DNA from: Mycobacteriales bacterium
GTDB lineage: Bacteria > Actinomycetota > Actinomycetes > JAFAQI01
Direction: 5' to 3'
Assembly: GCA_035547515.1 (NCBI GenBank)
Contig: DASZUS010000045.1
Location: forward strand, 97,156 to 161,155
DNA length: 64,000 bases
A model generated the notes under the pieces. That model ran no database searches. It saw nothing but the letters and a program-made list of their open reading frames with translations, and had not been told where the DNA came from. Within the stretch, counting starts at the first letter, position 1. The number at the start of each line of letters is the position of its first letter. The translations under genes were made by a program, and so were the position numbers. Below, one piece after another: positions 34,003 to 44,356 of this stretch.

Positions 34003-35463
34003 TCAGGCGTCCTGTCGCGCGTCGGCAAGCGGGATCGGCGAGACCTCCATCGCCACGATCGGCGGCAGCGCCACGCTGACCTCCGTGCCGCCTGAGGGCC
34101 GGTTGTGAATCTGCACGGTCCCGCCGTGTCCGTCCACGACCTGCTTGACGATCGAGAGCCCGAGCCCCGAACCTGGCAGCGCGCGGGCCTCGTCGGCTCG
34201 GTAGAAGCGGTCGAAGACGAACCGGATCGACTCCTCCGGGATGCCCGGCCCCCGGTCGGCAACGGTGAGCACGCCGTTGGAGTCAAGGTCGACGTCGACG
34301 ATGCCCCCGGACAGACTGAACTTCCCCGCGTTGTCGAGGACGTTCGCGACCGCGCGGTCGAGTCTCTGCGGTACGCCGCGGACCGCCACGGGGCGGAGGT
34401 CCGCGCGGAAGTCGACGTTCGGCCAGTGGCGGCGGGCGCGGTCGACCGCGTGGGCCACCAGCTCGTCGAAGGCCACCTCCTCCTGCGCCGACTCCGGCGC
34501 CTCGCCGCGTGCCAGCTCGACCACGTCGGCGACCAGGCCGGTCAGCTCATCGAGCTGCGTCACGATGCCGTTGAGCAGCGAGCGCCGCTGGTCGACGGGG
34601 AGTCGCTCGACGTCATGGAGCACCTCGACGTTGGTGCGCAGGCTGGCCAGCGGCGTCCGCAGCTCATGGCTGGCGTCGAGGATCAGCTGGCGCTGCTGGT
34701 CGAGGGAACGTTCGAGCGCATCGAGCATGCCGTTGAAGGTCGAGGCGAGACGCCCCAGCTCGTCGGCGCCGTAGTCCTCGATCCGCGTGGTGAGGTCGCG
34801 GGTCTCGGCGATCTGCTCGGCTGCCGCGGTGAGCCGCGCCACGGGCCGCATCGTTCGCCGTACGACGAAAGAGGCACCGGCGGTGGCCATGCCCAGACCG
34901 AGCAGGACGAGGAGCAGGAAGGCGAACCGCAACTTGTGCAGCTCGCTGTTCGCGGCGGTGAGCGGCAACGCAACCTGCAAGGCGAGATCGACCTGCTGGC
35001 CGGTCGCGGACGTGAACGCGCGCTGCCTGGTGAAAAGCCGCATTGGTACGCCGTCGACCATTTCGGTGCGCAGCCAGGTGCCGCCGTCGCGCGCGATCGT
35101 CAAGTCGCGCTGCGCAACCGGCAGCGTGAGGCCGCCGGCCTCCTTGATGGTGTCGCCGTTGACGTCGACGACCTGCACGTTGCCGGCGCTCTTGTCCGGG
35201 TCCGGGTTGACGACGGGCTGGTAGGTCCGCGGGTCGACCGAGATCGAGTGGGAGTTCCCGGCCTGGTCGCGGAGCTGGCCGTCGATGTTGCTGTAGAGCT
35301 CGTGTCGCACAGCGACGTAAGCCACCGCCACGACCGCGACGATCGCGAACGTCGCGGCGAACGCGGCCGCGCCGGTGAGCCGGCTGCGAATCGGGGCGTT
35401 CTGCCACCGCGCTTCGATGGCGCCGATGCCGCGACGCAGCCGGTCGATGACCGGGCCGGTCAC
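34003..35463 (-). CDS. Sensor histidine kinase (HAMP-HisKA-HATPase; MprB-like)
   Basis: 486 aa. H-box [18 protein letters not shown] and GSGLGLSIV. Confidence 0.87.
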   Translation of the reverse strand: MTGPVIDRLRRGIGAIEARWQNAPIRSRLTGAAAFAATFAIVAVVAVAYVAVRHELYSNIDGQLRDQAGNSHSISVDPRTYQPVVNPDPDKSAGNVQVVDVNGDTIKEAGGLTLPVAQRDLTIARDGGTWLRTEMVDGVPMRLFTRQRAFTSATGQQVDLALQVALPLTAANSELHKLRFAFLLLVLLGLGMATAGASFVVRRTMRPVARLTAAAEQIAETRDLTTRIEDYGADELGRLASTFNGMLDALERSLDQQRQLILDASHELRTPLASLRTNVEVLHDVERLPVDQRRSLLNGIVTQLDELTGLVADVVELARGEAPESAQEEVAFDELVAHAVDRARRHWPNVDFRADLRPVAVRGVPQRLDRAVANVLDNAGKFSLSGGIVDVDLDSNGVLTVADRGPGIPEESIRFVFDRFYRADEARALPGSGLGLSIVKQVVDGHGGTVQIHNRPSGGTEVSVALPPIVAMEVSPIPLADARQDA

Positions 35464-36155
35464 CCATCACCACGAAGGACGTAGCCGACCCCGCGCACGG
35501 TGTGGATCAGCCGCGGCTCCCCGGCCGCCTCGGTCTTGCGGCGCAGGTAGCCGACGAATACCTCGAGGGAGTTGCTCGTGGGCTCGGACTCCCAGCCCCA
35601 CACCCGGTCCATGATCGTCTCCCGGGGCAGCGGCCGTCCCGCGTTGCGGAGCAGCAGCTCGAGCAGTGCGAACTCGGTGCGTGTGAGGTCGATGCTGCGA
35701 CCGCCGCGGCGGACGGTGTGCGCCGCCGGATCGAGCTCGAGATCCTCGTAGACGAGTACGGCGCTCTCGTCGCCTTCGCCGGCCGAGGTACGCCGCAGCA
35801 GCGCGCGAAGCCGCGCCCGCAGCTCCTCGAGCGCGAACGGCTTCGTCAGGTAGTCGTCGGCCCCCGCGTCGAGGCCAGCCACTCGGTCACCAACCTCGTC
35901 CCGCGCGGTGAGGACGAGAATCGGCAAGGGATCGTTCTTGCTACGCAAGGTCCGGCAGACGTCGAGCCCGCCGACGTAGGGCATCATCACGTCGAGCACC
36001 ATCACGTCAGGCCGGTTTGCGCCGACCGCCTCGAGCGCCTTCACCCCGTTGCTCGCCGTCGACACTCGGTAGTCGTCGAGCTCGAGCGCCCGCGTCAGTG
36101 CCTCGCGCAGCTGAGGGTCGTCGTCCACGACGAGCACCTGCGGGCCGGATGACAT
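35460..36155 (-). CDS. OmpR-family response regulator (MprA-like)
   Basis: 231 aa. Motifs [17 protein letters not shown] and C-terminal [11 protein letters not shown]. Overlaps the kinase start by 4 nt. Confidence 0.92.
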   Translation of the reverse strand: MSSGPQVLVVDDDPQLREALTRALELDDYRVSTASNGVKALEAVGANRPDVMVLDVMMPYVGGLDVCRTLRSKNDPLPILVLTARDEVGDRVAGLDAGADDYLTKPFALEELRARLRALLRRTSAGEGDESAVLVYEDLELDPAAHTVRRGGRSIDLTRTEFALLELLLRNAGRPLPRETIMDRVWGWESEPTSNSLEVFVGYLRRKTEAAGEPRLIHTVRGVGYVLRGDG

Positions 36156-36167
36156 GGTCGGCTCAGG

Positions 36168-37454
36168 TCAGCTCGTCGTCGAGTCGGAGAGCGTCACGGT
36201 CGCCGTCTTGGTCGAGCCGCCGCGGACGAACGTCACGGTGATCCGGTCGCCGGGCTGGAAGGAGCGCACGTAGGCGATCACTGCGTCGGCACCTGCGGTC
36301 GGGTGCCCGTTGATCGCCGTGATCACGTCGCCCTCCTTGATGCCTGCCTTGTCGGCTGGTCCACCAGCGGTCACCGCGCGCACCAGCGCCTGGTCGGCGC
36401 CGTTCGCGGAGGTGGCGTCGGTCAACGTCACCCCGAGCAAAGGATGCGTCGCGTGGCCGTTCTGGATCAACTCGCTGGCGATCACCTTCGCCTGGTTGAT
36501 CGGGATCGCGAAGCCCACGCCGATGTTGCCGCTTTGGCCGCTGAGGTCGGTCGAGCCGAGCGAGGCGATCGCCGAGTTGATGCCGATGACCTGGCCCGCG
36601 CTGTCGACCAGGGCGCCCCCGGAGTTCCCGGGGTTGATGGCCGCGTCGGTCTGGATCGCGTCGATGACCGTCGGCTCCGTGGGCTGCGGAGCGCTCTGCC
36701 CGAAGCCGAAGCCGAACGGGTTCTCCTGCTGCTGCTGGCTGTCGTCCTCGGTTTGCACCGGACGGTTCAGCGCAGACACGATGCCCTCGGTGACAGTGCC
36801 TTGCAGGCCCAGTGGCGAGCCGACGGCCAGCACCGGGTCGCCGACCTGGATCGCGGAACTGTCACCCAGCGTCGCCGGGGTCAGACCAGACTTCGACACC
36901 TTGATCACGGCCAGGTCGTCGAGGGGATCGGTGCCGACGATCTTCGCTGAGACGCTCGACCCGTCGTTGAAGCTCACCGAAATCTGGCCGCCTTGGCTCG
37001 CGGCCGCCACCACGTGGTTGTTGGTGAGGATGTAGCCGTCCGACCGCAGGACCACCCCCGAGCCGGTGTCGGACTCGCTCTGCGACGTCACGTTGATGTT
37101 GACCACGGAAGGCAGAACCTTGGCCGCGATCGCGGCATAGGACTTCGGGCTCGTGGTCAGCGCGGCGGAGCTCGCCGTACCGACAGTGAGGCCCGACGCA
37201 GCCACGCTGACGCCCGAGTTGTTGTTGAGGAGCTCGGCGCCCACGGCGACGCCGCCGCCCCCGAACACGAAGGCGGTGGCGGCCACGACTGCCGCCGTCC
37301 ACCTGCGGGAGCGTGCGACCGGGTCGACTGGTGCAGTCTGCGACGAAGCCGCGGGGTACGGAGCTGTCGGGTACGGCGTGGTCGGGGCGGTCGATGCCGG
37401 CTCCGGCTCAGGCGCCGCGAAAGGAGACCAGAACAGCTCGTCGTCGTCGCTCAT
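36168..37454 (-). CDS. HtrA/PepD-like trypsin-family serine protease with PDZ domain
   Basis: 428 aa. Motifs TNNHVV (His) and GNSGGALV (Ser), a C-terminal PDZ, an N-terminal TM anchor, and a GGAGGAG RBS. Confidence 0.9.
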   Translation of the reverse strand: MSDDDELFWSPFAAPEPEPASTAPTTPYPTAPYPAASSQTAPVDPVARSRRWTAAVVAATAFVFGGGGVAVGAELLNNNSGVSVAASGLTVGTASSAALTTSPKSYAAIAAKVLPSVVNINVTSQSESDTGSGVVLRSDGYILTNNHVVAAASQGGQISVSFNDGSSVSAKIVGTDPLDDLAVIKVSKSGLTPATLGDSSAIQVGDPVLAVGSPLGLQGTVTEGIVSALNRPVQTEDDSQQQQENPFGFGFGQSAPQPTEPTVIDAIQTDAAINPGNSGGALVDSAGQVIGINSAIASLGSTDLSGQSGNIGVGFAIPINQAKVIASELIQNGHATHPLLGVTLTDATSANGADQALVRAVTAGGPADKAGIKEGDVITAINGHPTAGADAVIAYVRSFQPGDRITVTFVRGGSTKTATVTLSDSTTS

Positions 37455-37632
37455 TGCACTCCTCCGTGGATTCGAACACCAGCGACGTTGCCCGTGCGGT
37501 CTGAATGATTGCTGAGACGGACCTGGCTAAACCCGGTGTGCGGCAACCGGGATACGCAGCGCGCCGGGTGAGTTCTCCCACTGTTCTCGTCGATCTTGGC
37601 TAAACGGTGAATCCAGAGGTGACACTTGTCGC

Positions 37633-38307
37633 ATGACCGCCCACCGCGACCTTGCGAACGCGGCCGTCGCGCTTGCCAAACCGAAGCTGCGCGGATGGCT
37701 GCATGCCGTCACCTCGCCGCTGGCCCTCGCCGCCGGGATCGTCCTGGTGTGCCTCGCCCCGACAACCTCCGCGCGACTGGCCGCGGCGGCCTTCGCACTT
37801 ACGTCGTTCGTGTTGTTCACGACGAGCGCCCTCTACCACCGGGGTCAGTGGTCGCCGCAGGCTGAGCGGCGGCTCAAGCGGCTAGACCACGCCAATATCT
37901 TCCTGCTGATCGCGGGTTCTTACACACCCTTCGCCGTACTCGCGCTGAAGGGCGACGCGAGGGTCGCGATCATGTCGGCAGTGTGGTGCACCGCCGTGCT
38001 CGGCGTCGTGTTCCGGGTGCTGTGGGTGGGTGCCCCCCGGTGGTCCTACGTCCCGCTCTACATCGGCCTCGGCTGGGCGATGGCCTTCGTCTTCCCGCAG
38101 CTGCTGCACGGGGCAGGTGTGGCGGCGTTCGTGCTCGTCGCCGTCGGCGGCCTGCTCTACACGGCAGGCGGCCTGATCTACGGCATGAAACGACCGAATC
38201 CGAGTCCGCGCTGGTTCGGCTTCCACGAGATCTTCCACACCTGCACGATCGCCGCGTTCGTCTGCCAGTACGTCGCGGCCTCCTTCGTGGTGTACCGGGC
38301 TGCCTGA
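37633..38307 (+). CDS. Hemolysin III / PAQR family membrane protein
   Basis: 224 aa, 7 TM helices. Motifs LDHANIFLLIAGSYTP and GFHEIFH. Confidence 0.9.
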   Translation: MTAHRDLANAAVALAKPKLRGWLHAVTSPLALAAGIVLVCLAPTTSARLAAAAFALTSFVLFTTSALYHRGQWSPQAERRLKRLDHANIFLLIAGSYTPFAVLALKGDARVAIMSAVWCTAVLGVVFRVLWVGAPRWSYVPLYIGLGWAMAFVFPQLLHGAGVAAFVLVAVGGLLYTAGGLIYGMKRPNPSPRWFGFHEIFHTCTIAAFVCQYVAASFVVYRAA

Positions 38308-38310
38308 GTC

Positions 38311-39081
38311 TCAGGGCGGGGTCTGCCACTCCGGGATGGGTCCCGGCGCCGGACCGGTGGGCTGACTCCCAGGGACGACGGCGTACAGCCATCCGACGGT
38401 TCCCGCTCCCGCGGAGCCGTCGGCTGCGACGTTGAGCAACCGGCCTCCCGCCGCGGACACCTGGCGGCTCACCTCGGCCCGGGGCACCCCGAACATCCGG
38501 ATCGTCTTCGCATCGTCGCTGGCGCCGCGCAACAAGTGCGAGAGTCCTCGTCGGGCCTGGGCCAACGGGCTGAGCAATGGCTCCGGGATCTGGAACAGCG
38601 CGAGCCCGCCGGGACGCAGGATGCGGACGAACTCGGAGACGTACCCCAACGCGAGGGCTGCCGGCATGTGCTGCAGCACGATCCGCGAGTACACGAAGTC
38701 GAAGCTGGCGTCCAGCAGAACCGACAGGTCATCCCGGTCGTTGCAGATGAAGTCGCAGTTCTGCACCGTTCCGCGACGCCGCTCGGCGAGCTCGATCATC
38801 GGCGCCGAGATGTCGACGCCTACGGCGTGGGAGAAGTGTGCGGCCAGCGCGTAGGTCAGGCGGCCCGGGCCGCAGCCGAAGTCGAGCGCGTCTCCTCGGG
38901 CCAGGTCGGGACGCAGCGCGCCGGCATAGGACATGACGTAGTCGATCTCCGCCTGGCCGGAGGCGTAGAAGGCGTCGACATCCCACTTCCCGCCTCGCTT
39001 CGCGGGGTCAGAGAGCACCGCCCAGTAGGCGTCGTGCTCCGCCAGACGCTCCCAGTCCTCGCGCAGCCGCTTGAGACGCAT
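38311..39081 (-). CDS. Class I SAM-dependent methyltransferase
   Basis: Start set at the ATG at 39081, with GGGAGG 9 nt upstream and no overlap with the upstream gene. SAM motif ALDFGCGPGRLT. Confidence 0.8.
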   Translation of the reverse strand: MRLKRLREDWERLAEHDAYWAVLSDPAKRGGKWDVDAFYASGQAEIDYVMSYAGALRPDLARGDALDFGCGPGRLTYALAAHFSHAVGVDISAPMIELAERRRGTVQNCDFICNDRDDLSVLLDASFDFVYSRIVLQHMPAALALGYVSEFVRILRPGGLALFQIPEPLLSPLAQARRGLSHLLRGASDDAKTIRMFGVPRAEVSRQVSAAGGRLLNVAADGSAGAGTVGWLYAVVPGSQPTGPAPGPIPEWQTPP

Positions 39082-39104
39082 AACGGAAGCCTCCCATCCG
39101 CGGG

Positions 39105-40154
39105 TCAGCGCTCGTCCGCGCCGAGACTGCTCGCGTCGTGCCACGCCCGGATGAATGCGGATGCGACCGAGCCGACGTTGTCGGCCGAGATCTGCTGGTA
39201 TACGAAGAAGCTGAACGGGTAGCCGGGCAGGTGCAAAGGGTCCCCGCCGCCGTCGGAGACGCCCCGGAAGCCGATGAACGGCAGACCGGCCCGCCGTGCC
39301 GCCTTGGCCACCTCAGCGGTCTCGTTGTCGGAGCTCACGTAGTGCCCCGCGACGGTAGAGGACGCGAAGTAGCCGGTGATGAAGCCGGGATTCGCCAGTG
39401 CGAGCAGTCGGTCCAGGACGGCGCCGGCACTTTGCGGCGTGACGCTGGCGGAGTTGCACGGCCGGCAGCTGAAGACGTCGGTGACGCCGGGCACGCACGG
39501 GAACGCCTTGCCCCCGAAAGGATCGGTGGTCAGGCCCGTCCCGCCCACCTTGAATGTCGGCGCGTGCGTCAGCGTGATCGCCGGTCCGAGATCCGCCGGC
39601 AGGACCGGCAGGCACGGAACATTGGGAAGGTGCGCACCACGAGAGAGGCGGAAGCGGTGGTCTCGCTCGACGTCGCGTGCGACGCGGAGCATTGCGCGGC
39701 TGACCGGGACGAAGTGCTTGCCGTCCTCCGTCCACCGCGACGCGGCATTGACGTCCCCGATGTAGTCGCCGCCGGCCACGCCCGAGAACACGATCCCGGT
39801 GATCGTCGACCTGCCGTCGCAGCGGAAGTGGGCGACCGCGAGACGCGTGGTGTCGCGCGCGTTGACGGGGCCGATGCCGGTCAAGGTCAACGCGACCCGA
39901 TGGCCTTCGAGACTGCCGAGATAGAACGTGTGGTCCCCGACCGGTACGGCGCTACCGCCTTCAGGATCGGTGCGGTCGAGCAGTGGCCCGAGCTCGGTCG
40001 GGAACGCCGACAGCACGAGCAGCCGGGGAAGGCAACCCGCGGGGGCGGCTGCGGCCACCCGGGCGACCGCGCTCGAGGCGGTCGCGCCGGCCACCCCGGC
40101 GACGCCGAAGGACAGGGCAGCGGCGAGCGCGGCGAGCAGCACACGCGTCTTCAT
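39105..40154 (-). CDS. Exported PNP_UDP_1 / MTA-SAH-nucleosidase-like protein
   Basis: 349 aa. Signal peptide MKTRVLLAALAAALSFGVAGVAGA. Motifs LTGIGPVNA, VFSGVAGG and FRGVSDGGGD match the nucleoside phosphorylase/nucleosidase fold pattern. Confidence 0.6.
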   Translation of the reverse strand: MKTRVLLAALAAALSFGVAGVAGATASSAVARVAAAAPAGCLPRLLVLSAFPTELGPLLDRTDPEGGSAVPVGDHTFYLGSLEGHRVALTLTGIGPVNARDTTRLAVAHFRCDGRSTITGIVFSGVAGGDYIGDVNAASRWTEDGKHFVPVSRAMLRVARDVERDHRFRLSRGAHLPNVPCLPVLPADLGPAITLTHAPTFKVGGTGLTTDPFGGKAFPCVPGVTDVFSCRPCNSASVTPQSAGAVLDRLLALANPGFITGYFASSTVAGHYVSSDNETAEVAKAARRAGLPFIGFRGVSDGGGDPLHLPGYPFSFFVYQQISADNVGSVASAFIRAWHDASSLGADER

Positions 40155-40181
40155 GCGGCTAGTTTCGCCGCGCCCGCCGAG

Positions 40182-41714
40182 CTACCTCTTCGGCTTGCTG
40201 CCGGCAGGCTCTGTGCCGCCCTTCGGCCTGGTCTTGGCGGGCGAGGGCGGGTTGGGGCGACCGTGCTGGTAGCCGGCCAGCAGGCCCGGCGTCGGGTTCG
40301 CGGGTTTGGCAAGCGACGGCGGGTCGTAGAACGCAGGCTTCGAGGTGTCGAGGAAGTCGGCCAGCGTCGAGGCGTTGGCGTCACGGCGCGTGAGTGCCGG
40401 CAGGTTCCACTGCCGCTCGATCGTGGCGAGGACCGAGGTGTGGTCATGGACCACGTTCGTCACCCCGTGCTTGCGGGCGTACGGGCTCACGACCACGGCT
40501 GGCACCCGCGGGCCGAGCAGGTTGTAGGCGCCCGGCAGGTTGTCGCGTTGCAGGTCTGGCTTCCACCCGTCGGGCTCGATCGCGGAAGGCGGGGCGACGT
40601 GGTCGTAGTAGCCGCCGTGCTCGTCGTAGAACCAGATCAACAGCGTCCGATCCCAGTTCTTGCCGTTCATGACCGCGTTGACCACCCGCGCCACGAACGC
40701 CTCGCCGAGCTGGACGTCCTCCGGGTTCTCCTCCGACTCGCAGGTGATGTCGATCGCGGTGTCCGGAACGCGGGTGAAGGTCGGCACCGGCGCGGGCAGC
40801 GACTCGACGACGCCGGGGACCTCAGTCTGGATCGCGCCCATGTTGCAGTCGACGAGGCTCACGGCCGGCAGGTTGCCAAGGGCGGCGTCGACGTAGAACT
40901 GTTCGATGCGGCGCAGGTTGACGGTGTGCCGCAGCTCGGTGTCGAGGATGATCGCCGTCGTCGGCGCATCGCTGAAGTAGTTGGCCCACGAGATCCCGTG
41001 CCGGCTGAGCTGGTCCCAGATCGTGCCGTTCTTCGGATACGTCGTGAGTGTGTCCATGGAGGTTTGGATCACGCCGGTCGCCGTACCCGCCATCAGGAAC
41101 CGCCGGTTCGGGTAGGTCTGCGCCGGCACCGAGCAGAACCACCTGTTCGCGAGGGCGAACGTCTTCGCCAGCGAGTAGTAGAAGGGCAGCTCGTCCTCGG
41201 TGTAGTAGCCCATCGAGCCCGGCCCGGTCTTGGCGAAGCCGTTCATCGCGCCGTTCGCGATCTGGAGATGGGAGTCGTTCCACGACTGGCTGCCGGTGTC
41301 GTTCGCGCCGATCGCGCCGGACTGCCGGTAGACGTACATCCGTTCCTTGCCGAGCGGGTTCCAGTTGATCGGCTCGTCACGCTTGTTGAAGGTGAACCCG
41401 TCGGCCTTCGGCTGGCCGCAGACCGGCAGCATGCCGAGGTAGTTGTCGAACGAGTGGTTCTCCTGCATGACCAGCACGATGTGGTCGAACGGGAACTCCC
41501 AGGTCTTCTTGCCCACCGGCCGCCCCGGGAACGGCAGCGAGCCGGCCTCGCGGATCCGCCGCTTCGTCGGCACCGCGCCGAGCGCGCGGTCGACCGGGCG
41601 GAGCGCTCCGAACGTGCCGAGTGCGGCAGCGGCCGCGCCGTACTGCAGGACGCGGCGCCGGCTCAGCCGGGCGGAGTGGGAGTCGGGGTAGCGCAGAGGA
41701 TCCACGGCATCCAT
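40182..41714 (-). CDS. Tat-exported phosphoesterase (phospholipase C / acid phosphatase family)
   Basis: Start set at MDAVDPLRY, giving a twin-arginine signal SRRRVLQYGAAAAALG. Motif VLVMQENHSFDNYLG is typical of the PLC/AcpA phosphoesterase family. Confidence 0.85.
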   Translation of the reverse strand: MDAVDPLRYPDSHSARLSRRRVLQYGAAAAALGTFGALRPVDRALGAVPTKRRIREAGSLPFPGRPVGKKTWEFPFDHIVLVMQENHSFDNYLGMLPVCGQPKADGFTFNKRDEPINWNPLGKERMYVYRQSGAIGANDTGSQSWNDSHLQIANGAMNGFAKTGPGSMGYYTEDELPFYYSLAKTFALANRWFCSVPAQTYPNRRFLMAGTATGVIQTSMDTLTTYPKNGTIWDQLSRHGISWANYFSDAPTTAIILDTELRHTVNLRRIEQFYVDAALGNLPAVSLVDCNMGAIQTEVPGVVESLPAPVPTFTRVPDTAIDITCESEENPEDVQLGEAFVARVVNAVMNGKNWDRTLLIWFYDEHGGYYDHVAPPSAIEPDGWKPDLQRDNLPGAYNLLGPRVPAVVVSPYARKHGVTNVVHDHTSVLATIERQWNLPALTRRDANASTLADFLDTSKPAFYDPPSLAKPANPTPGLLAGYQHGRPNPPSPAKTRPKGGTEPAGSKPKR

Positions 41715-41775
41715 CTTTCGGCGCAAGAAGACGAAGGCCTGCCACCAGCAGGCGAAGTCAGGGTGAACTCTGCCA

Positions 41776-42852
41776 CTACGCGCGCAGCACAGCGAGCTGG
41801 CTGAAGGCTGCGTCGAGGTCGGCGTAGCAGCCCTGCAGGTGGCGACGCCCGCTCTCGCTGAAGCCGGTGCGCGCGTGCAGCACGCGAGTGTTGTCGAAGA
41901 CCAGGCAGTCACCGGGCGCGAGCCGGATGGCCAGCTGCGCCTCGGGCCGCGCAAGGAGCTCGGCGAAGCGTCGGTACGCCGCGTAGAACTCGGCGAGCGC
42001 AGCGCGGTCGAGGGTGACCGGGCACAGTGAGCGGTTGTTGAACCTGATCTGCGTGATCCGCCCCAGGGGGTCAACCCCGATCATCGGGTGGGTTGCGCTG
42101 AGCGAGGCGGTGCCGTCGGCGTACCGGAAGGTCACCGGCGTCGAGCTCAGCACCTCGAAGGCCGCGGGCGAGGCCTCACGCAGCGCGGATGCTGCCGCGA
42201 AGCCGTCGAGCAGGCCCGAGTCGCCGCCGACGGCGTCGTTGGTGAGGCAGTGCAGCAGTTGCACGGTGGGGACCGGGTCGCGGTACGGGTTGTCGGTGTG
42301 CGGCGCGATGGGCAGCGAGCTGTACGCCAAGTTGGCTGCCGCCGGCTCGACCCTGACGTCGAAGATCTCGCCGTAGTTCGTCGTGCGGACGAACCCGAAC
42401 GTCTCCGCGACGGTGCGCACCGCGCCTTCGACCACCGGTACGCCGTGAAGCAGGAACAGGCCGACGGATTGCAGCGACGCGAGGCAGTGCGCGCGGACCC
42501 GCGAGGCGGCGGTGTAGTCGTCCCAACTCACTTCGGGCAGCACGCCGAGCTCAGCGGTCGATCCCCAGAGCGTCTTCGCGTCCTCCGCCCTGTCGTCGAA
42601 CGGCGGGCGGCCCTCGGTGCAGTGCGCCGCGAGCCAGGACAGCTCGAACCGTGAGCGGTGGCCGTCGGGGGCGAAGGTCAGGTCGAGGATGTCGCCGTCG
42701 ACCGACTCTCGGCTGACCTGCACATCAGCTGGCAGGTCGAGGATGCCGAAGAGCTTCTGCCCGCTCGGCGTCAGGCACTGGGCGCAGCGACAGTTGTCGC
42801 GGAGCCAGATCGCGGCGTACCGATGGCCGTCGACCGTGATCTCGCGCGCCAC
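41776..42852 (-). CDS. Fe(II)/2-oxoglutarate dioxygenase, TauD/TfdA family with gamma-butyrobetaine-hydroxylase-like N-terminal domain
   Basis: 358 aa. N-terminus WLRDNCRCAQC (GBBH-type Zn/Cys domain), facial-triad context PHTDNPY, and the C-terminal TauD fold. Confidence 0.82.
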   Translation of the reverse strand: MAREITVDGHRYAAIWLRDNCRCAQCLTPSGQKLFGILDLPADVQVSRESVDGDILDLTFAPDGHRSRFELSWLAAHCTEGRPPFDDRAEDAKTLWGSTAELGVLPEVSWDDYTAASRVRAHCLASLQSVGLFLLHGVPVVEGAVRTVAETFGFVRTTNYGEIFDVRVEPAAANLAYSSLPIAPHTDNPYRDPVPTVQLLHCLTNDAVGGDSGLLDGFAAASALREASPAAFEVLSSTPVTFRYADGTASLSATHPMIGVDPLGRITQIRFNNRSLCPVTLDRAALAEFYAAYRRFAELLARPEAQLAIRLAPGDCLVFDNTRVLHARTGFSESGRRHLQGCYADLDAAFSQLAVLRA

Positions 42853-42907
42853 CTCCCCATCGTGGGCGACTCACGCCGCCGAGCGGCGAACTCCTGGTGA
42901 ACGCCGG

Positions 42908-44356
42908 TCAGCGCGTGACTGCGACGAGGTCGGCACCGGCGGCCCCAGCCACGTCTCGGCCCACCAACGCGGTGGCGTGCGACCCGCTCGCGGTGAGCGC
43001 CTCACCGGTGTTGCCGATCGAGAACTGCTTGGTCGTCGTGGCGCCGGGCGCGTAGACCGTCAGCAGTGCGGTGTCGCTCGGCTGATGGGCGAGGAACTTG
43101 GTGATGTCCTGGGTCCCCCAGAGCAGGAACGTCCCCGCCGCCCCTGAGGCTGCGAGCAGGCCGTTGCTGCTGGTCTGGTCGGAGCCCGCGACGGTGTCGG
43201 TGTCGACGAGCGCCGGGTCCGTCCAGCCGGTCGGGCCGTACGACGCGGTGTACAGGCTGAGGCTCGTCGAGTCGGAGGCGGCGGCGGTCTTCACCCAGTA
43301 CTCGGCCAGGCCCGCGTCGCTGACGAGGAAGGTCTCGTCGTCGGCGATCCCGAGCGATGAGATGTCCCGGCTGGTGCTCGCCCATGGCCCAGTGGCGGTC
43401 TTGGTCAACACGTACGCAGTCTTGCCCTCGTCGTCCTTCCAGATGATGGCGGCAGCACCGCTCGGTGCCATCTGGACCGACTCGACCCCGAGCCGGTACT
43501 GCGGCGCCGGCACGAGGTTCACGACCTTGCCCACCTTGCCGCCGGCACCGACGCTGGTGCGCTGCAGCCGGGTGTCGGAGCCAGAGCGGTCCTGGAAGTA
43601 GGTCCACCCCCATGCGGCGATGACGCTGCCCTTGCCGTCGATCGCTGCCTTCACATCAGCGGCGCCGGTCCCCGCGTGCGTCTTGCCCTGGTAGGTCGGC
43701 AGAGCGTTGCTCGACACCCGACGCGCTGGCCCCCACTTGCCCGCCGGCGTGAGCTTGCGGATGTAGGCGACGCTCAGCTTCGGCCTAGCCGGGTTGACCT
43801 TGACGTACTTGCTGCCGGCCAGCACGCCGTAGCCGTTCGGAGCGCTGGCGAACGACGTCGCATCGAATCCCGAGGAACCCGGAACCACCCGGTTCGCCGT
43901 CCACTTCGAGCCGCTGTGCACGGCGTAGTGGACCGTCCCCGTACCGATGCCGAGCGTCCAGATCGCCGTCGCGCGGCCGGTGCTGGAGATGTCGGCGAAG
44001 AAGCGGCCGTTGTGCACGTTCTTCGCGAGGACGTGAGGCGCGCTCCACGCCTTGCCGGGCGCCCGGGTCGCTGCGAGGTAGCGGTAGCTCCTGCCTTGCA
44101 GCGCGCTCCAGACTGCGATCGACGCGCCGCTCGGACTCGTCGCGACCGCGGACGCGCCGGAGATCGTGTTGGACTGCAGATGGCCGAGAACCGTCGGCGT
44201 GCTCCAGTCGGTCGGCGTCGCGGCGCCAGCCGGGCTTGCGCTCAACGAGAGTGCGGCTGCCGCGAGCAGGCTGACGGAGGCGATCTTCACGCTCCACGAA
44301 GCGCGAGACGTACGCGCGGCGTTACAACGGCGTGGGCTGCAGTCGATCTTGATCAC
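42908..44356 (-). CDS. Secreted repeat protein (beta-propeller-like), function unknown
   Basis: 482 aa. Signal peptide ...LSLSASPAGA. About six degenerate 50-60-aa repeats, each with a conserved Trp (AVWS, AIWT, AAWG, IIWK, EYWV, LLWG). Confidence 0.55.
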   Translation of the reverse strand: MIKIDCSPRRCNAARTSRASWSVKIASVSLLAAAALSLSASPAGAATPTDWSTPTVLGHLQSNTISGASAVATSPSGASIAVWSALQGRSYRYLAATRAPGKAWSAPHVLAKNVHNGRFFADISSTGRATAIWTLGIGTGTVHYAVHSGSKWTANRVVPGSSGFDATSFASAPNGYGVLAGSKYVKVNPARPKLSVAYIRKLTPAGKWGPARRVSSNALPTYQGKTHAGTGAADVKAAIDGKGSVIAAWGWTYFQDRSGSDTRLQRTSVGAGGKVGKVVNLVPAPQYRLGVESVQMAPSGAAAIIWKDDEGKTAYVLTKTATGPWASTSRDISSLGIADDETFLVSDAGLAEYWVKTAAASDSTSLSLYTASYGPTGWTDPALVDTDTVAGSDQTSSNGLLAASGAAGTFLLWGTQDITKFLAHQPSDTALLTVYAPGATTTKQFSIGNTGEALTASGSHATALVGRDVAGAAGADLVAVTR

